Shown: positions 52,463-60,612 of the stretch, piece after piece
How positions within the stretch are numbered: the stretch's first letter is position 1
Layout: the number at the start of each line of letters is the position of its first letter
Virus record (IMG/VR): IMGVR_UViG_3300009152_000041
Coordinates: 1,901 to 65,900 of that record
DNA: 64,000 nucleotides
Source: a virus
Direction: 5' to 3' (one strand)
Made by a program: the position numbers and the translations under genes
The notes under the pieces: model-generated
What the model saw: only the letters and a program-made list of their open reading frames with translations
Told to the model about the DNA's origin: nothing
The model's database searches: none

Positions 52463-53096
52463 TTATCTACCCATACCCCAAAGTTTTTGAGCAATGGGGT
52501 CACTATATGTTGCTGATCCCTCTAACTTAGAAGCATTGTGTCTTGCAGCTGATTGAGCTTCTTTTTGTTTTTCTTCTTCAGGATCTATTAAGGTTAGAGT
52601 TACATCCGTAGATTCTATTCCAGCTATAGCCTGTTTAACTTCGATGATCCTTTCAGCTAGTGCAACCCTTTCAGCCAATTGAGAGTAGGTCAAACCGTCT
52701 AAAAACTCTGGAGTATCTGTATGTATAGTAGCTAGAACAAAGGCTTTCATTAAGCCTCTAACTTGATTAGCTATTTTTCTTTTTTCGTCTAAAACCCTTT
52801 TAGCTATACGGGCAGAAGAAAAACCTGAAAAAGTTATAATCTGTTCTGCTAAAGCTGTGATAGCTCCAGGGGGAAATTTATTAAGGTCAAAATCTAACGG
52901 ATAAACTACGGCTGATTTAATAATCTCATCTTCTGCGTCTGCTGAAGATAATTCAGGGTCGTTTTTATATGCAGCAATCTTATCAAATTCAGCAAACGTT
53001 AGTTCTTTAAATACTACTTCAATTCCGTTTAATTTCGGCTTGAAATATTAGACCATGTTTTTGTTTAAGTTCAAACAGTATTCCTGCATCTAACAT
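52463..53096 (-). CDS. tail-assembly-chaperone-like protein, about 210 aa; paralogue of the upstream gene; +1 shift at CGG 53025-53027
   Basis: ATG at 53094-53096 lies 1 nt after the upstream TAA. The 0 frame reads ...GAA ATT AAA CGG AAT TGA. The +1 frame reads ATT GAA GTA GTA TTT AAA... and continues into track ORF 52463-52750. KHGLIFQAEIK-x-IEVVFKELTFAEFDKI...AITALAEQIITFSGF aligns with THGEVYVTSISFDKHIVWRVLTRLEYKQL...LPSLISQEVLEASGF of ORF 53098-53646. 634 nt minus 1 equals 3 x 211. Confidence 0.6.
53024..53027 (-). other. recoding site: in-frame CGG(A) at the 0 -> +1 frame transition
   Basis: CGG is codon 24. The 0-frame TGA lies 1 codon downstream. Confidence 0.6.
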
Positions 53097-53097
53097 C

Positions 53098-53646
53098 TTA
53101 GAGCTGTCTTACCTCTAGTGCTACGAATCCAGAAGCTTCCAAAACTTCTTGAGAGATCAATGATGGAAGTCCAGCCATTTCTGCAGTAAGGGAATTCTTG
53201 TCATAAGATGGGAAGAGTATACACAGTTCTGCGATTGCTTCTTCGTTCCACATGTTGGCTTCTGCGTTTGACAGCTGACCAGCAGCTACTAATTGCTCCA
53301 TTTTCTTAACAAGTTGCTTGTATTCAAGTCTGGTTAAAACTCTCCAAACAATGTGCTTATCAAAAGAAATGGAAGTTACATAAACTTCTCCATGTGTTTT
53401 CTTCCAAGCCTTAACTGAACCTGCTGTTGGACCGTTATCAAAGATAACTTGATCGTCAGCCAACTCTTCTACAGTTGTAGCTTCAGAAGGGTCTATACCT
53501 GCGTAGGGAACGTCTTCAACGTCTTTAATCACAATATCACCCTCAACTACATTTTCTGTTTCTACAAAAACTTCAGCGCTATCAGCTGAGAACTTTTCAG
53601 CTGCTTCGCCATCTTTTCTAATAACCACTTTTCTATTCTCGGACAT
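53098..53646 (-). CDS. tail-assembly-chaperone-like protein (182 aa)
   Basis: Acidic small protein in the canonical slot between the tube genes and the giant tape-measure-like gene. AAGGAGA SD. Paralogous to the next gene. Confidence 0.5.
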   Translation of the reverse strand: MSENRKVVIRKDGEAAEKFSADSAEVFVETENVVEGDIVIKDVEDVPYAGIDPSEATTVEELADDQVIFDNGPTAGSVKAWKKTHGEVYVTSISFDKHIVWRVLTRLEYKQLVKKMEQLVAAGQLSNAEANMWNEEAIAELCILFPSYDKNSLTAEMAGLPSLISQEVLEASGFVALEVRQL

Positions 53647-53700
53647 TGTTTCTCCTTATATTGTTTCAAGTTACATTATATCATATCTATATTAAAATTA

Positions 53701-54738
53701 TTATCTTGGTAGAGTACTATCGGTCCTGTTAACCAAAGGGCTCTCAACCACTGATTTTGTAGCATTAGAAGCCTGTGGCTCTGTTGTAACGAAGGTCTTA
53801 CCGGTATATGGGTTAAAGCCAGATTCTGCTTCTGTCATGTAAAAGTCTCTCGCCACAAAGCTATAGGTCTCTATCAAAGGAGATCCTCCACTTTGATATT
53901 CTGTGCTCATTTGCATTAGATGCACATTTTGTAAAACAATCTTCATTGGGGTTTTGTTATCAGCCATCTTAACTTTTCGCTCATTTATATCAGTAGATAT
54001 TATCCTGTCCAAGTTGTCTCTCTGCTCTATAGAGGCCGTAGAAGCGTTCTCCGTGACTCCTACGGGGCTTAAACTGGATTCCTCTACCCCATAGACTATA
54101 ACGAAGTTAAATGGAGGATGAGCGCTAAAGATGTTATGTTGGCCATCTGCTGAAGATGTGCTTATTGCTGGATCAGTAGTTATTCTATCTAGCTGACTAT
54201 TGGCCCAATATTTTTGTATATTTTCTTCATCTGTTCTTGATTCATTTTGTGATCTTAAAACAGATACGACTCCAGAGTTATCAGATTTACCCGATGCAGA
54301 GAAGCTTCTAACTCTTGCTGCCTCCTCTAGAAGGTGTGTCATCCTTCTAGGGTATCTTGAGTATAAGGAAAACTGACCAGTTATTATTCTCGATCCATTC
54401 ATCATGGCATCAAAGTTGTATGACCAGAATCCATAGACTGCTTGCTTTTCTTGTTTAATTAAAAAACCAAATCCAGCTATATCTAGTTCATCTTTTGGAT
54501 CGAACAAACCATCGATATATACTTTTACATCTTCACCGGAGAAAAAGTAATCATAATAATTACTAAAACGAGGATCTCCAGTAGTTTTGCCACCAGCCCA
54601 ATAAAGATCTAACTCTGCACTAAGAGGATCAAATGTTCCATTCTTGTTTCCTAGACCAGGATTAGTTGAGACGGTATCCTGATATGGAATATAGCCACTA
54701 AATGGTCTATATGGAACAGCTCTATATGGACTTGTCAT
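53701..54738 (-). CDS. tail-tube-family paralogue 3 (345 aa)
   Basis: FFSGEDVKVYIDGL...IAGFGFLIKQEKQAVYGFWSYNFDAMMNGSRIITGQFSLY aligns with the FSGADI...REKAPIYTMGS...GKRGIAGSLIF core of the 229-aa tube protein. Confidence 0.55.
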   Translation of the reverse strand: MTSPYRAVPYRPFSGYIPYQDTVSTNPGLGNKNGTFDPLSAELDLYWAGGKTTGDPRFSNYYDYFFSGEDVKVYIDGLFDPKDELDIAGFGFLIKQEKQAVYGFWSYNFDAMMNGSRIITGQFSLYSRYPRRMTHLLEEAARVRSFSASGKSDNSGVVSVLRSQNESRTDEENIQKYWANSQLDRITTDPAISTSSADGQHNIFSAHPPFNFVIVYGVEESSLSPVGVTENASTASIEQRDNLDRIISTDINERKVKMADNKTPMKIVLQNVHLMQMSTEYQSGGSPLIETYSFVARDFYMTEAESGFNPYTGKTFVTTEPQASNATKSVVESPLVNRTDSTLPR

Positions 54739-54747
54739 ACTTAAACC

Positions 54748-55521
54748 TTAAACGATTGTAGGCGGTGAATATATTCTTTCAATAAAATTCTTATAATCTT
54801 CGACTCTATCCCCAAAAGCATTTGTTGATATTCTTAATCTCTCGTTTTGTTGAGCCTGATATCCATCTGGGTACCTAAGGTCATCACGAGCCGTATCTAA
54901 TTGTACCAGAGGCTGTAGCCCTCTAGCCATATACGTATAAGTTTGCTCAGTAATTAAGTCGTCTATTGACATAGTACCACCCTCATCCACAAGGGTAACA
55001 CCAAATATTTTCATTTTTGCTGCCAACCCGTATTCGTTAAAGAAGGTAAATACGATATCAAATGGTGGTAACATGTCCGCCAATGGTGCAAAATAGCCCT
55101 TGCTGTCAGAAAGAATTTTTCTATAACTTTCTATTCTATAAAATGCGTACTCGTTAAACTGAGTGAATATCATGCTTCCAGCTATAGTTCTAGCGCCTTT
55201 GACAAATCCTCTTGGATTAACATGACCAAGTGTTCTTACCGGAGAGTTTTCTCTGTGCATTGAATATGATATTGTTTGAAGTTCTGCCATTTCCAGCACA
55301 TCGCCTTCATTGGAAATGAATCCATTTTCTCCAATTTTAGGAATAATGATTGTAGCTGTTATGTCTGCACCAGAAAATGACATATCAGAAAATGGATCTG
55401 GAAGATTATTATTTTTTCTAAATTCTTTTACACTCTCTTCATAGGTGGAGAGTCTATTTTTTCTTGATGATATAGTCGTGAGATTCGCTATATCTGATAC
55501 ATCTTTTTGGTTAAATGCCAT
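54748..55521 (-). CDS. tail-tube-family paralogue 2 (257 aa)
   Basis: SFSGADITATIIIP...LQTISYSMHRENSPVRTLGHVNPRGFVKGARTIAGSMIFTQF and PPFDIVFTFFNEYG closely parallel ORF 55609-56298. Confidence 0.6.
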   Translation of the reverse strand: MAFNQKDVSDIANLTTISSRKNRLSTYEESVKEFRKNNNLPDPFSDMSFSGADITATIIIPKIGENGFISNEGDVLEMAELQTISYSMHRENSPVRTLGHVNPRGFVKGARTIAGSMIFTQFNEYAFYRIESYRKILSDSKGYFAPLADMLPPFDIVFTFFNEYGLAAKMKIFGVTLVDEGGTMSIDDLITEQTYTYMARGLQPLVQLDTARDDLRYPDGYQAQQNERLRISTNAFGDRVEDYKNFIERIYSPPTIV

Positions 55522-55538
55522 GTTATTCCTTAAAAATA

Positions 55539-55580
55539 AAATAGTGGAGGATTGGTCCTACACCAAGTCCTCCACTATTT
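55539..55580 (-). terminator. rho-independent terminator/attenuator after the major tube gene
   Basis: The minus strand reads AAATAGTGGAGGA-(16-nt loop with internal TTGG/CCAA pairing)-TCCTCCACTATTT, followed by TATTTTTAA. The 13-bp stem lies in the 87-nt gap between the two tube genes. Confidence 0.65.
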
Positions 55581-55608
55581 AATAACTACTATACTTATTT
55601 GATTATAA

Positions 55609-56298
55609 TTATGGTCTAATTATCTCGCTGTTTAATCCGCTAGATGATACTGCATCTTTGCTAATTAATGAACCTAGGTCGTCTGAGTTGAATCTGTTAA
55701 GATTATCCGTTGTAATCTTATACATTGGACCAATTTCACGAGCAACGTATGTCATTGTTTCTTCGATAACAATGTCATCCATCGAAGCTCCTGAACCTTC
55801 ATTTAACAGTTCAACACCATAGATTGATCTAACAGCAGCTTGGCCATATTCGTTAACAAATGTAATTGTAATGTCGAATGGTGGGATTTGGTCTGCATAG
55901 TATGGTGTCTTGCTAACTACGTCTCTTGTTTGATTTGTTACTTCAGCAATACCTCTCTTGTGGCTTGGATCGCCAGGAAGTGTATTATGAGCTCTTGTGA
56001 AAAACTTCATTTCCGAAGAAGAGTTATGATGTGTCTCAAGCATCTGGTACAGAGCTGGGCGGTCAAATACTGTGAATATTAACGAACCAGCAATACCTCT
56101 TTTACCTCTTGAAAATGAACGTGGGTTTGGTGAACCCATTGTATAAATTGGCGCCTTTTCTCTTGTCACCGAAAAAGTGATTCCCGAAAGAGCTCCGATT
56201 TCAACGCCACCAAAAGTGGCAACAATATCAGCACCAGAAAATGTTGTATAAGTATTGAGATACTTGTTTACTGGACTGTCGTAGTATTCGCCTGCCAT
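55609..56298 (-). CDS. major tail tube protein candidate (229 aa)
   Basis: Immediately downstream of the sheath gene. Perfect AGGAGGG SD. Tube-like core TFSGADIVATFGG...REKAPIYTMGSPNPRSFSRGKRGIAGSLIF...PPFDITITFVNEYG. Followed by a terminator. Confidence 0.6.
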   Translation of the reverse strand: MAGEYYDSPVNKYLNTYTTFSGADIVATFGGVEIGALSGITFSVTREKAPIYTMGSPNPRSFSRGKRGIAGSLIFTVFDRPALYQMLETHHNSSSEMKFFTRAHNTLPGDPSHKRGIAEVTNQTRDVVSKTPYYADQIPPFDITITFVNEYGQAAVRSIYGVELLNEGSGASMDDIVIEETMTYVAREIGPMYKITTDNLNRFNSDDLGSLISKDAVSSSGLNSEIIRP

Positions 56299-56345
56299 AT
56301 TACCCTCCTAATCGGTATATAAATTTGCAGTGTTTTTATATGATA

Positions 56346-57611
56346 TTAACCAAGTTCAACTGACATTTGGACTTCGATGTTTCTAAGTTCAAATGCAGGT
56401 GTTATAACTAGGTCAATAAGTGCTTTGTTTTCTTCAGCGATGTATCTAATGTTGAAATCGCTATCTAAGATGGCACCCAACTGCTGCATTCCTCTAAGGG
56501 ATGAAGTAATCGAGGTTTCCATTGAGTTTCTAACTTGAATAGTTGAAGGTTGACCAATGAATTTCTGACAGCTCTGACGGACAACTAACATTGATTCGTT
56601 AACAATTCTCAGTGTTGTCAGTCTTGTGTAGTCTGAACTAGAACCAGCAAATGTTACACCATCTGTGAAGATTGGAGCTCTATTGAAGTTTAACATGATT
56701 GAGTTTACACCCTTATTGGTCATTGCCAACAAGGTTGTTTTGCTAGGATTGTATCTTAGCGCTGCAACGTTGTAAACTGTCTTGTTTATGGTTGAAGTGT
56801 ATGAAGCCATTCTGCTAACTGCAGCAGTTAATACAGCTGCACCGTTTGAATAACCCCATGTCTCTGGATAACCTGCAGGCTTTAGCTCTGCGCCAATTAC
56901 CACAACATGTCTTCCAAGTTCCTTAGCGGCAACTCCATTATATGTTGTTGCTGAATCTCTGTCTGAAAGAGTTGTTAAGCCGAGATGTGTTGCTACTTGT
57001 CCAGGAGTCATTACGTCGTTAGCGCCGACATATGGCTTTGTTCCCATAACAGCAAAACATGGATGACTGTTCTCGTTGATTGCTTTAACTTTATCAGCAA
57101 TTTTTACTGCCCAGTTATTTCCAATCGTTACTGAGTTGTCTGCATAAAATCCGTAAATTGTATCGGCAGATGCGGAAAAAGCTTCAGAAGGAGTTGCAGA
57201 CCAGAGTCCTGCTCTTGCACCACTTCCCCAAGGAAGTATAATATCTGGCTGAGCAGCTTCTGCTGCAATGAACATTGCATCAAGAACGCTACCACCAAAA
57301 TTGGTACTTGTTACCGCAGCCGTAGTGTGGTTCCATGTAGTATCACTTGGCAATGGGACCATGTAGATTCTTTCTGCGCCTGCAGAAACAAGCTCAAAAA
57401 AAGCTCTGTGACAAGCTGAATTAATGCCAAAAGCAGTTATGACATCTTGTTCATTTGTGCACTGAACTACGTCAAGGTCTGCAACGTTGCCGGTTCCATC
57501 TGCTGTTGATCTTTTTGCTATTACCACAACTCTAGGTCCGACTGGACTATCTTGACGGGAGATGCTGTAGAAGCGGTCTTTAATTATTGTTTTTACACCT
57601 GGTAGAGCCAT
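56346..57611 (-). CDS. tail sheath protein (421 aa)
   Basis: GGAGGT SD. C-terminal region (...KGVNSIMLNFNRAPIFTDGVTFAGSSSDYTRLTTLRIVNES...LGAILDSDFNIRY...LVITPAFELRNIEVQMSV) fits the conserved sheath C-domain pattern. Lies upstream of the tube genes. Confidence 0.6.
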   Translation of the reverse strand: MALPGVKTIIKDRFYSISRQDSPVGPRVVVIAKRSTADGTGNVADLDVVQCTNEQDVITAFGINSACHRAFFELVSAGAERIYMVPLPSDTTWNHTTAAVTSTNFGGSVLDAMFIAAEAAQPDIILPWGSGARAGLWSATPSEAFSASADTIYGFYADNSVTIGNNWAVKIADKVKAINENSHPCFAVMGTKPYVGANDVMTPGQVATHLGLTTLSDRDSATTYNGVAAKELGRHVVVIGAELKPAGYPETWGYSNGAAVLTAAVSRMASYTSTINKTVYNVAALRYNPSKTTLLAMTNKGVNSIMLNFNRAPIFTDGVTFAGSSSDYTRLTTLRIVNESMLVVRQSCQKFIGQPSTIQVRNSMETSITSSLRGMQQLGAILDSDFNIRYIAEENKALIDLVITPAFELRNIEVQMSVELG

Positions 57612-57656
57612 GTTATTCTTAACCTCCGAGTCAGCGATTTATTGGATTAACTCGAA

Positions 57657-57666
57657 AGATATAGTA
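57657..57666 (-). promoter_or_regulatory. candidate late-promoter box TACTATATCT
   Basis: In the 102-nt intergenic gap, about 45 nt upstream of the sheath ATG. Confidence 0.3.
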
Positions 57667-57713
57667 ATGGGGTACCTGTAAAAACTAACTAGATTTACGT
57701 ATCCTACTAAATA

Positions 57714-58526
57714 TTATGAGTTTGGGGTAGCACTTTGAAATAAGTCTACAATACCTAGGTTCATATCTGGATTGTAATACGAAGAAGGAGTCGCAGCTGC
57801 TTGATCAACTAGCTGCTTTTCATAGGAAACCCATTGGCGTATATCGGCCACAATTGACTCAATCTTATCAACTGCTGATACATGTATTTTTTCGGTTGTT
57901 AACAAATATGTAACCGCTCTTTTAACTACATCAGTTTGGTCCATGTTTGTTTCGGTATCTGAAAACCTTCTAGCGTATACGAGTTCTGATGCCCCTAGTC
58001 TCTTAAAGACTGGAGTATATTCAAGCATAAAATCTTCAAATATTTCCATAATTCTATCGGCTACTTCTGCGCCAGCATATCGTTGTTGATCGCCTGACAA
58101 TTGGCCAGCATTGGCTTCAACCATAACAGTAAAGGAAACAATGTTCTGAAAACGCTGACCTTCTATAATGTAATACTTACCGTCATCACCTAAGGCTTTA
58201 TCCCTATATCTCATTTTAGGTTCTTGACTATGAGCCCTCTTTAGCTCAAGGCCGTAAGCTATGCAAGGATAGGATGCAAACTTGCCTCCAAATGTTGCTA
58301 AAATTGGTATATCTGGATATGAATTCTCCCAGAGCATTTTGACAACCTCTATGAAGCCTAGGTAAGTTAAATTTCCTTCAGCCTTTAATCTTCTTGAATC
58401 ACTATCGTTATAGTATTTGGGATCCTGCTCTCGCAGTCTATCTCTGCTTTCTGTATAGCTTTCCCACTTACTACTTTGTGCTGCGTCAGCATTAAAGCTA
58501 TCTGGGAATGGAAATGAAGACTGCAT
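57714..58526 (-). CDS. hypothetical virion protein (270 aa), possibly tail completion/terminator
   Basis: Intact ORF between the two sheath-like genes. Function inferred from position only. Confidence 0.4.
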   Translation of the reverse strand: MQSSFPFPDSFNADAAQSSKWESYTESRDRLREQDPKYYNDSDSRRLKAEGNLTYLGFIEVVKMLWENSYPDIPILATFGGKFASYPCIAYGLELKRAHSQEPKMRYRDKALGDDGKYYIIEGQRFQNIVSFTVMVEANAGQLSGDQQRYAGAEVADRIMEIFEDFMLEYTPVFKRLGASELVYARRFSDTETNMDQTDVVKRAVTYLLTTEKIHVSAVDKIESIVADIRQWVSYEKQLVDQAAATPSSYYNPDMNLGIVDLFQSATPNS

Positions 58527-58527
58527 G

Positions 58528-60612
58528 CTATGCTCCTGGTCCTGTCATTATAGAAAAGTTAATATTTTTTAGACCAAGAGAAGAAACTAAATTTATTTCA
58601 AAAATTAAAGTTCCTCTTTCTGTTTTAGATCCATATGATTGAAGATTGTAATCTTTAATAGTTCTAGTCGATACCAACATGTCAAGCATAGCTTTGACTT
58701 GTGAAATTACTTTATCTTCAGCGTTCTTTCCTATGCCATCATTTGCTATAGCTTTTATTTCAGTTATAACCATAGCTACTAATCTCATTTGCGGAGCTTT
58801 TGTAAAAGAACTATTTTTATTAGCTAATGTATAATCATTAGATATATTTACTTCGTATGGATTGCCTCTTAGCGCTTTACGTGTTCTATACACAACATTT
58901 ACACCAAGGTTATCCAACCTAGCTAATGAATCTCCAGATAAATTAGAACCATAAACAGAATATGCTCCTGGTATTCTTTTTCTAATTATCCCATTATAGA
59001 CTGGAGTTGACGACATCATTCCAGCAAATGCTGCTGCTGCTGAACTCGTATATGATCTTCCAAAACCTATATGATTGAAAGTTAGTTCTCCGTATACAGG
59101 AATAATATATCTACCTATATCACTTTCTATTTCTCCACTTATTGAGTAAGTGGTAAATTTATTTACAAGTCTAGTATTTTGTTCTAGAAGTTGAACATCA
59201 CTGTCTTTTGTTCCATTATTTTTAGAACCAATAATTCCCATTTGCACATATCCGGTAGCATTATTGAAAGAATAACAATGAACAGCTAGTTGAGCTATGA
59301 AGTCAACAGACCCAGTATTTATCATTGAAGTTTCAAGTGGCACTATTATATCAATAAAGTCAAGCCCTTTTGCTATATCATAACTTACTGCTAGTCTTTC
59401 ATAATATTTTTCATAAAAGTTTACATTAGAATTTGTTTCAGCTGAAAAAAGTATTGGCATGTCGATAAGTCTTTGAGAAATATCTTCGATGTATTCTGAC
59501 ATTGGCGCAGAAGCCATCATGAATATGGACTTTGCTCCGCAACTAAACGCATCGTGAATTCCTCTTAAAAGGGGAGAAGAAGTATTTGCACCCAATAGGT
59601 TAGTAGCTTCTTGAATTGAATTAATTTTTATAATTTGATTTAGTTCGATTCCATCGCTATGACCTATTAATAATATTGAATTAGTATTATAGTATTCTTC
59701 TAGTGAATCAAAAATTGGTCTCTTCGAAATGCTTGCACCAGTTGTTGGTCCTGTTAAATCTTTAGATACTCCAGTTGTATTAATGACAGAATATTTTCCG
59801 GTTGTAAGTTGCTCTCCATTAGATAAAGGAATATTTGTTTTAATAGAAAATTTATTATTTGCTGGTACCGAGGAGATAAAATGATTTCCGTTAAAGGCTG
59901 CACTTATTTCTGATATTGAAATTTGATCACCAGATGAAAGATTGTGATCAATATCAGTTGATAGAGTTATCACTCCATTCTCTATTTTTTTATATACTAT
60001 ATTTCCGACTCTACCAATTTGACTTCTAGAGACTTCAAAGTTATGTTCAATTACTTGAGTTCTATCATTGTACGCACATTGGATGGAGACGGTATAAGTT
60101 CCACCAAAAAGTGTATCTGGAATTTTATAATAAAAACCATACTCAGAGTCTGATGGTCTATTGTAATAAGAATTTGTCTTAAGAGCTAGCCTTGCATATG
60201 CTTTTGTGGCGTTATAGCTTGATAAGCTTGGTAAAGTAGTAGCAGCTGTCCTTGCTATTACTGATTTTGTAGTTGGTGCAGATGTGATTATGTACTCTGC
60301 GTTATATCCACCGCCAACACCATAGATGATTACGGTATCTCCAGCGGCTAACTTATGATCTACATCAAATGTAAATGTTGCCGAAATGTGACCACTCACT
60401 ATTGAACTTGGTGGTGTTATCGATATGATTCGATAACTTGTATTAATCAATGAAGTAGATGAATGGATTATTTCTCCAGTGCCACCATTCCCTCTTGATA
60501 CTGTTGCATATATATCTACTGGAGTAGCTTGATTCAAAGGGTCGTAGAACTCACCGTTTACCAAAAAGGCAAATCTAAACTTCACCAACTGACCATTGTG
60601 TACTCTTAACAT
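58528..60612 (-). CDS. large tail-sheath-family paralogue (694 aa) with inserted repeat domains
   Basis: The C-terminal 300 aa (...NLGVNVVYRTRKALRGNPYEVNISNDYT...RLVAMVITEIKAIAN...GTLIFEINLVSSLGLKNINFSI) has the same sheath C-domain pattern as ORF 56346-57611. The N-terminal part carries two DH(K/N)L(A/S)xGD-type repeats. Confidence 0.5.
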   Translation of the reverse strand: MLRVHNGQLVKFRFAFLVNGEFYDPLNQATPVDIYATVSRGNGGTGEIIHSSTSLINTSYRIISITPPSSIVSGHISATFTFDVDHKLAAGDTVIIYGVGGGYNAEYIITSAPTTKSVIARTAATTLPSLSSYNATKAYARLALKTNSYYNRPSDSEYGFYYKIPDTLFGGTYTVSIQCAYNDRTQVIEHNFEVSRSQIGRVGNIVYKKIENGVITLSTDIDHNLSSGDQISISEISAAFNGNHFISSVPANNKFSIKTNIPLSNGEQLTTGKYSVINTTGVSKDLTGPTTGASISKRPIFDSLEEYYNTNSILLIGHSDGIELNQIIKINSIQEATNLLGANTSSPLLRGIHDAFSCGAKSIFMMASAPMSEYIEDISQRLIDMPILFSAETNSNVNFYEKYYERLAVSYDIAKGLDFIDIIVPLETSMINTGSVDFIAQLAVHCYSFNNATGYVQMGIIGSKNNGTKDSDVQLLEQNTRLVNKFTTYSISGEIESDIGRYIIPVYGELTFNHIGFGRSYTSSAAAAFAGMMSSTPVYNGIIRKRIPGAYSVYGSNLSGDSLARLDNLGVNVVYRTRKALRGNPYEVNISNDYTLANKNSSFTKAPQMRLVAMVITEIKAIANDGIGKNAEDKVISQVKAMLDMLVSTRTIKDYNLQSYGSKTERGTLIFEINLVSSLGLKNINFSIMTGPGA

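Noticed and set aside
52463-53646. Canonical lambda-like -1 G/GT frameshift in the chaperone genes.
   Set aside because: I found no XXXYYYZ slippery heptamer near either 3' end. The observed frame change is +1 and lies at codon 24 of the second gene.
57612-57713. Sigma70-type promoter (TTTACA ... TATATC) upstream of the sheath gene.
   Set aside because: Spacing between the candidate -35 and -10 hexamers is only 10-13 nt. The TACTATAT box shared with other gaps is the more parsimonious signal.
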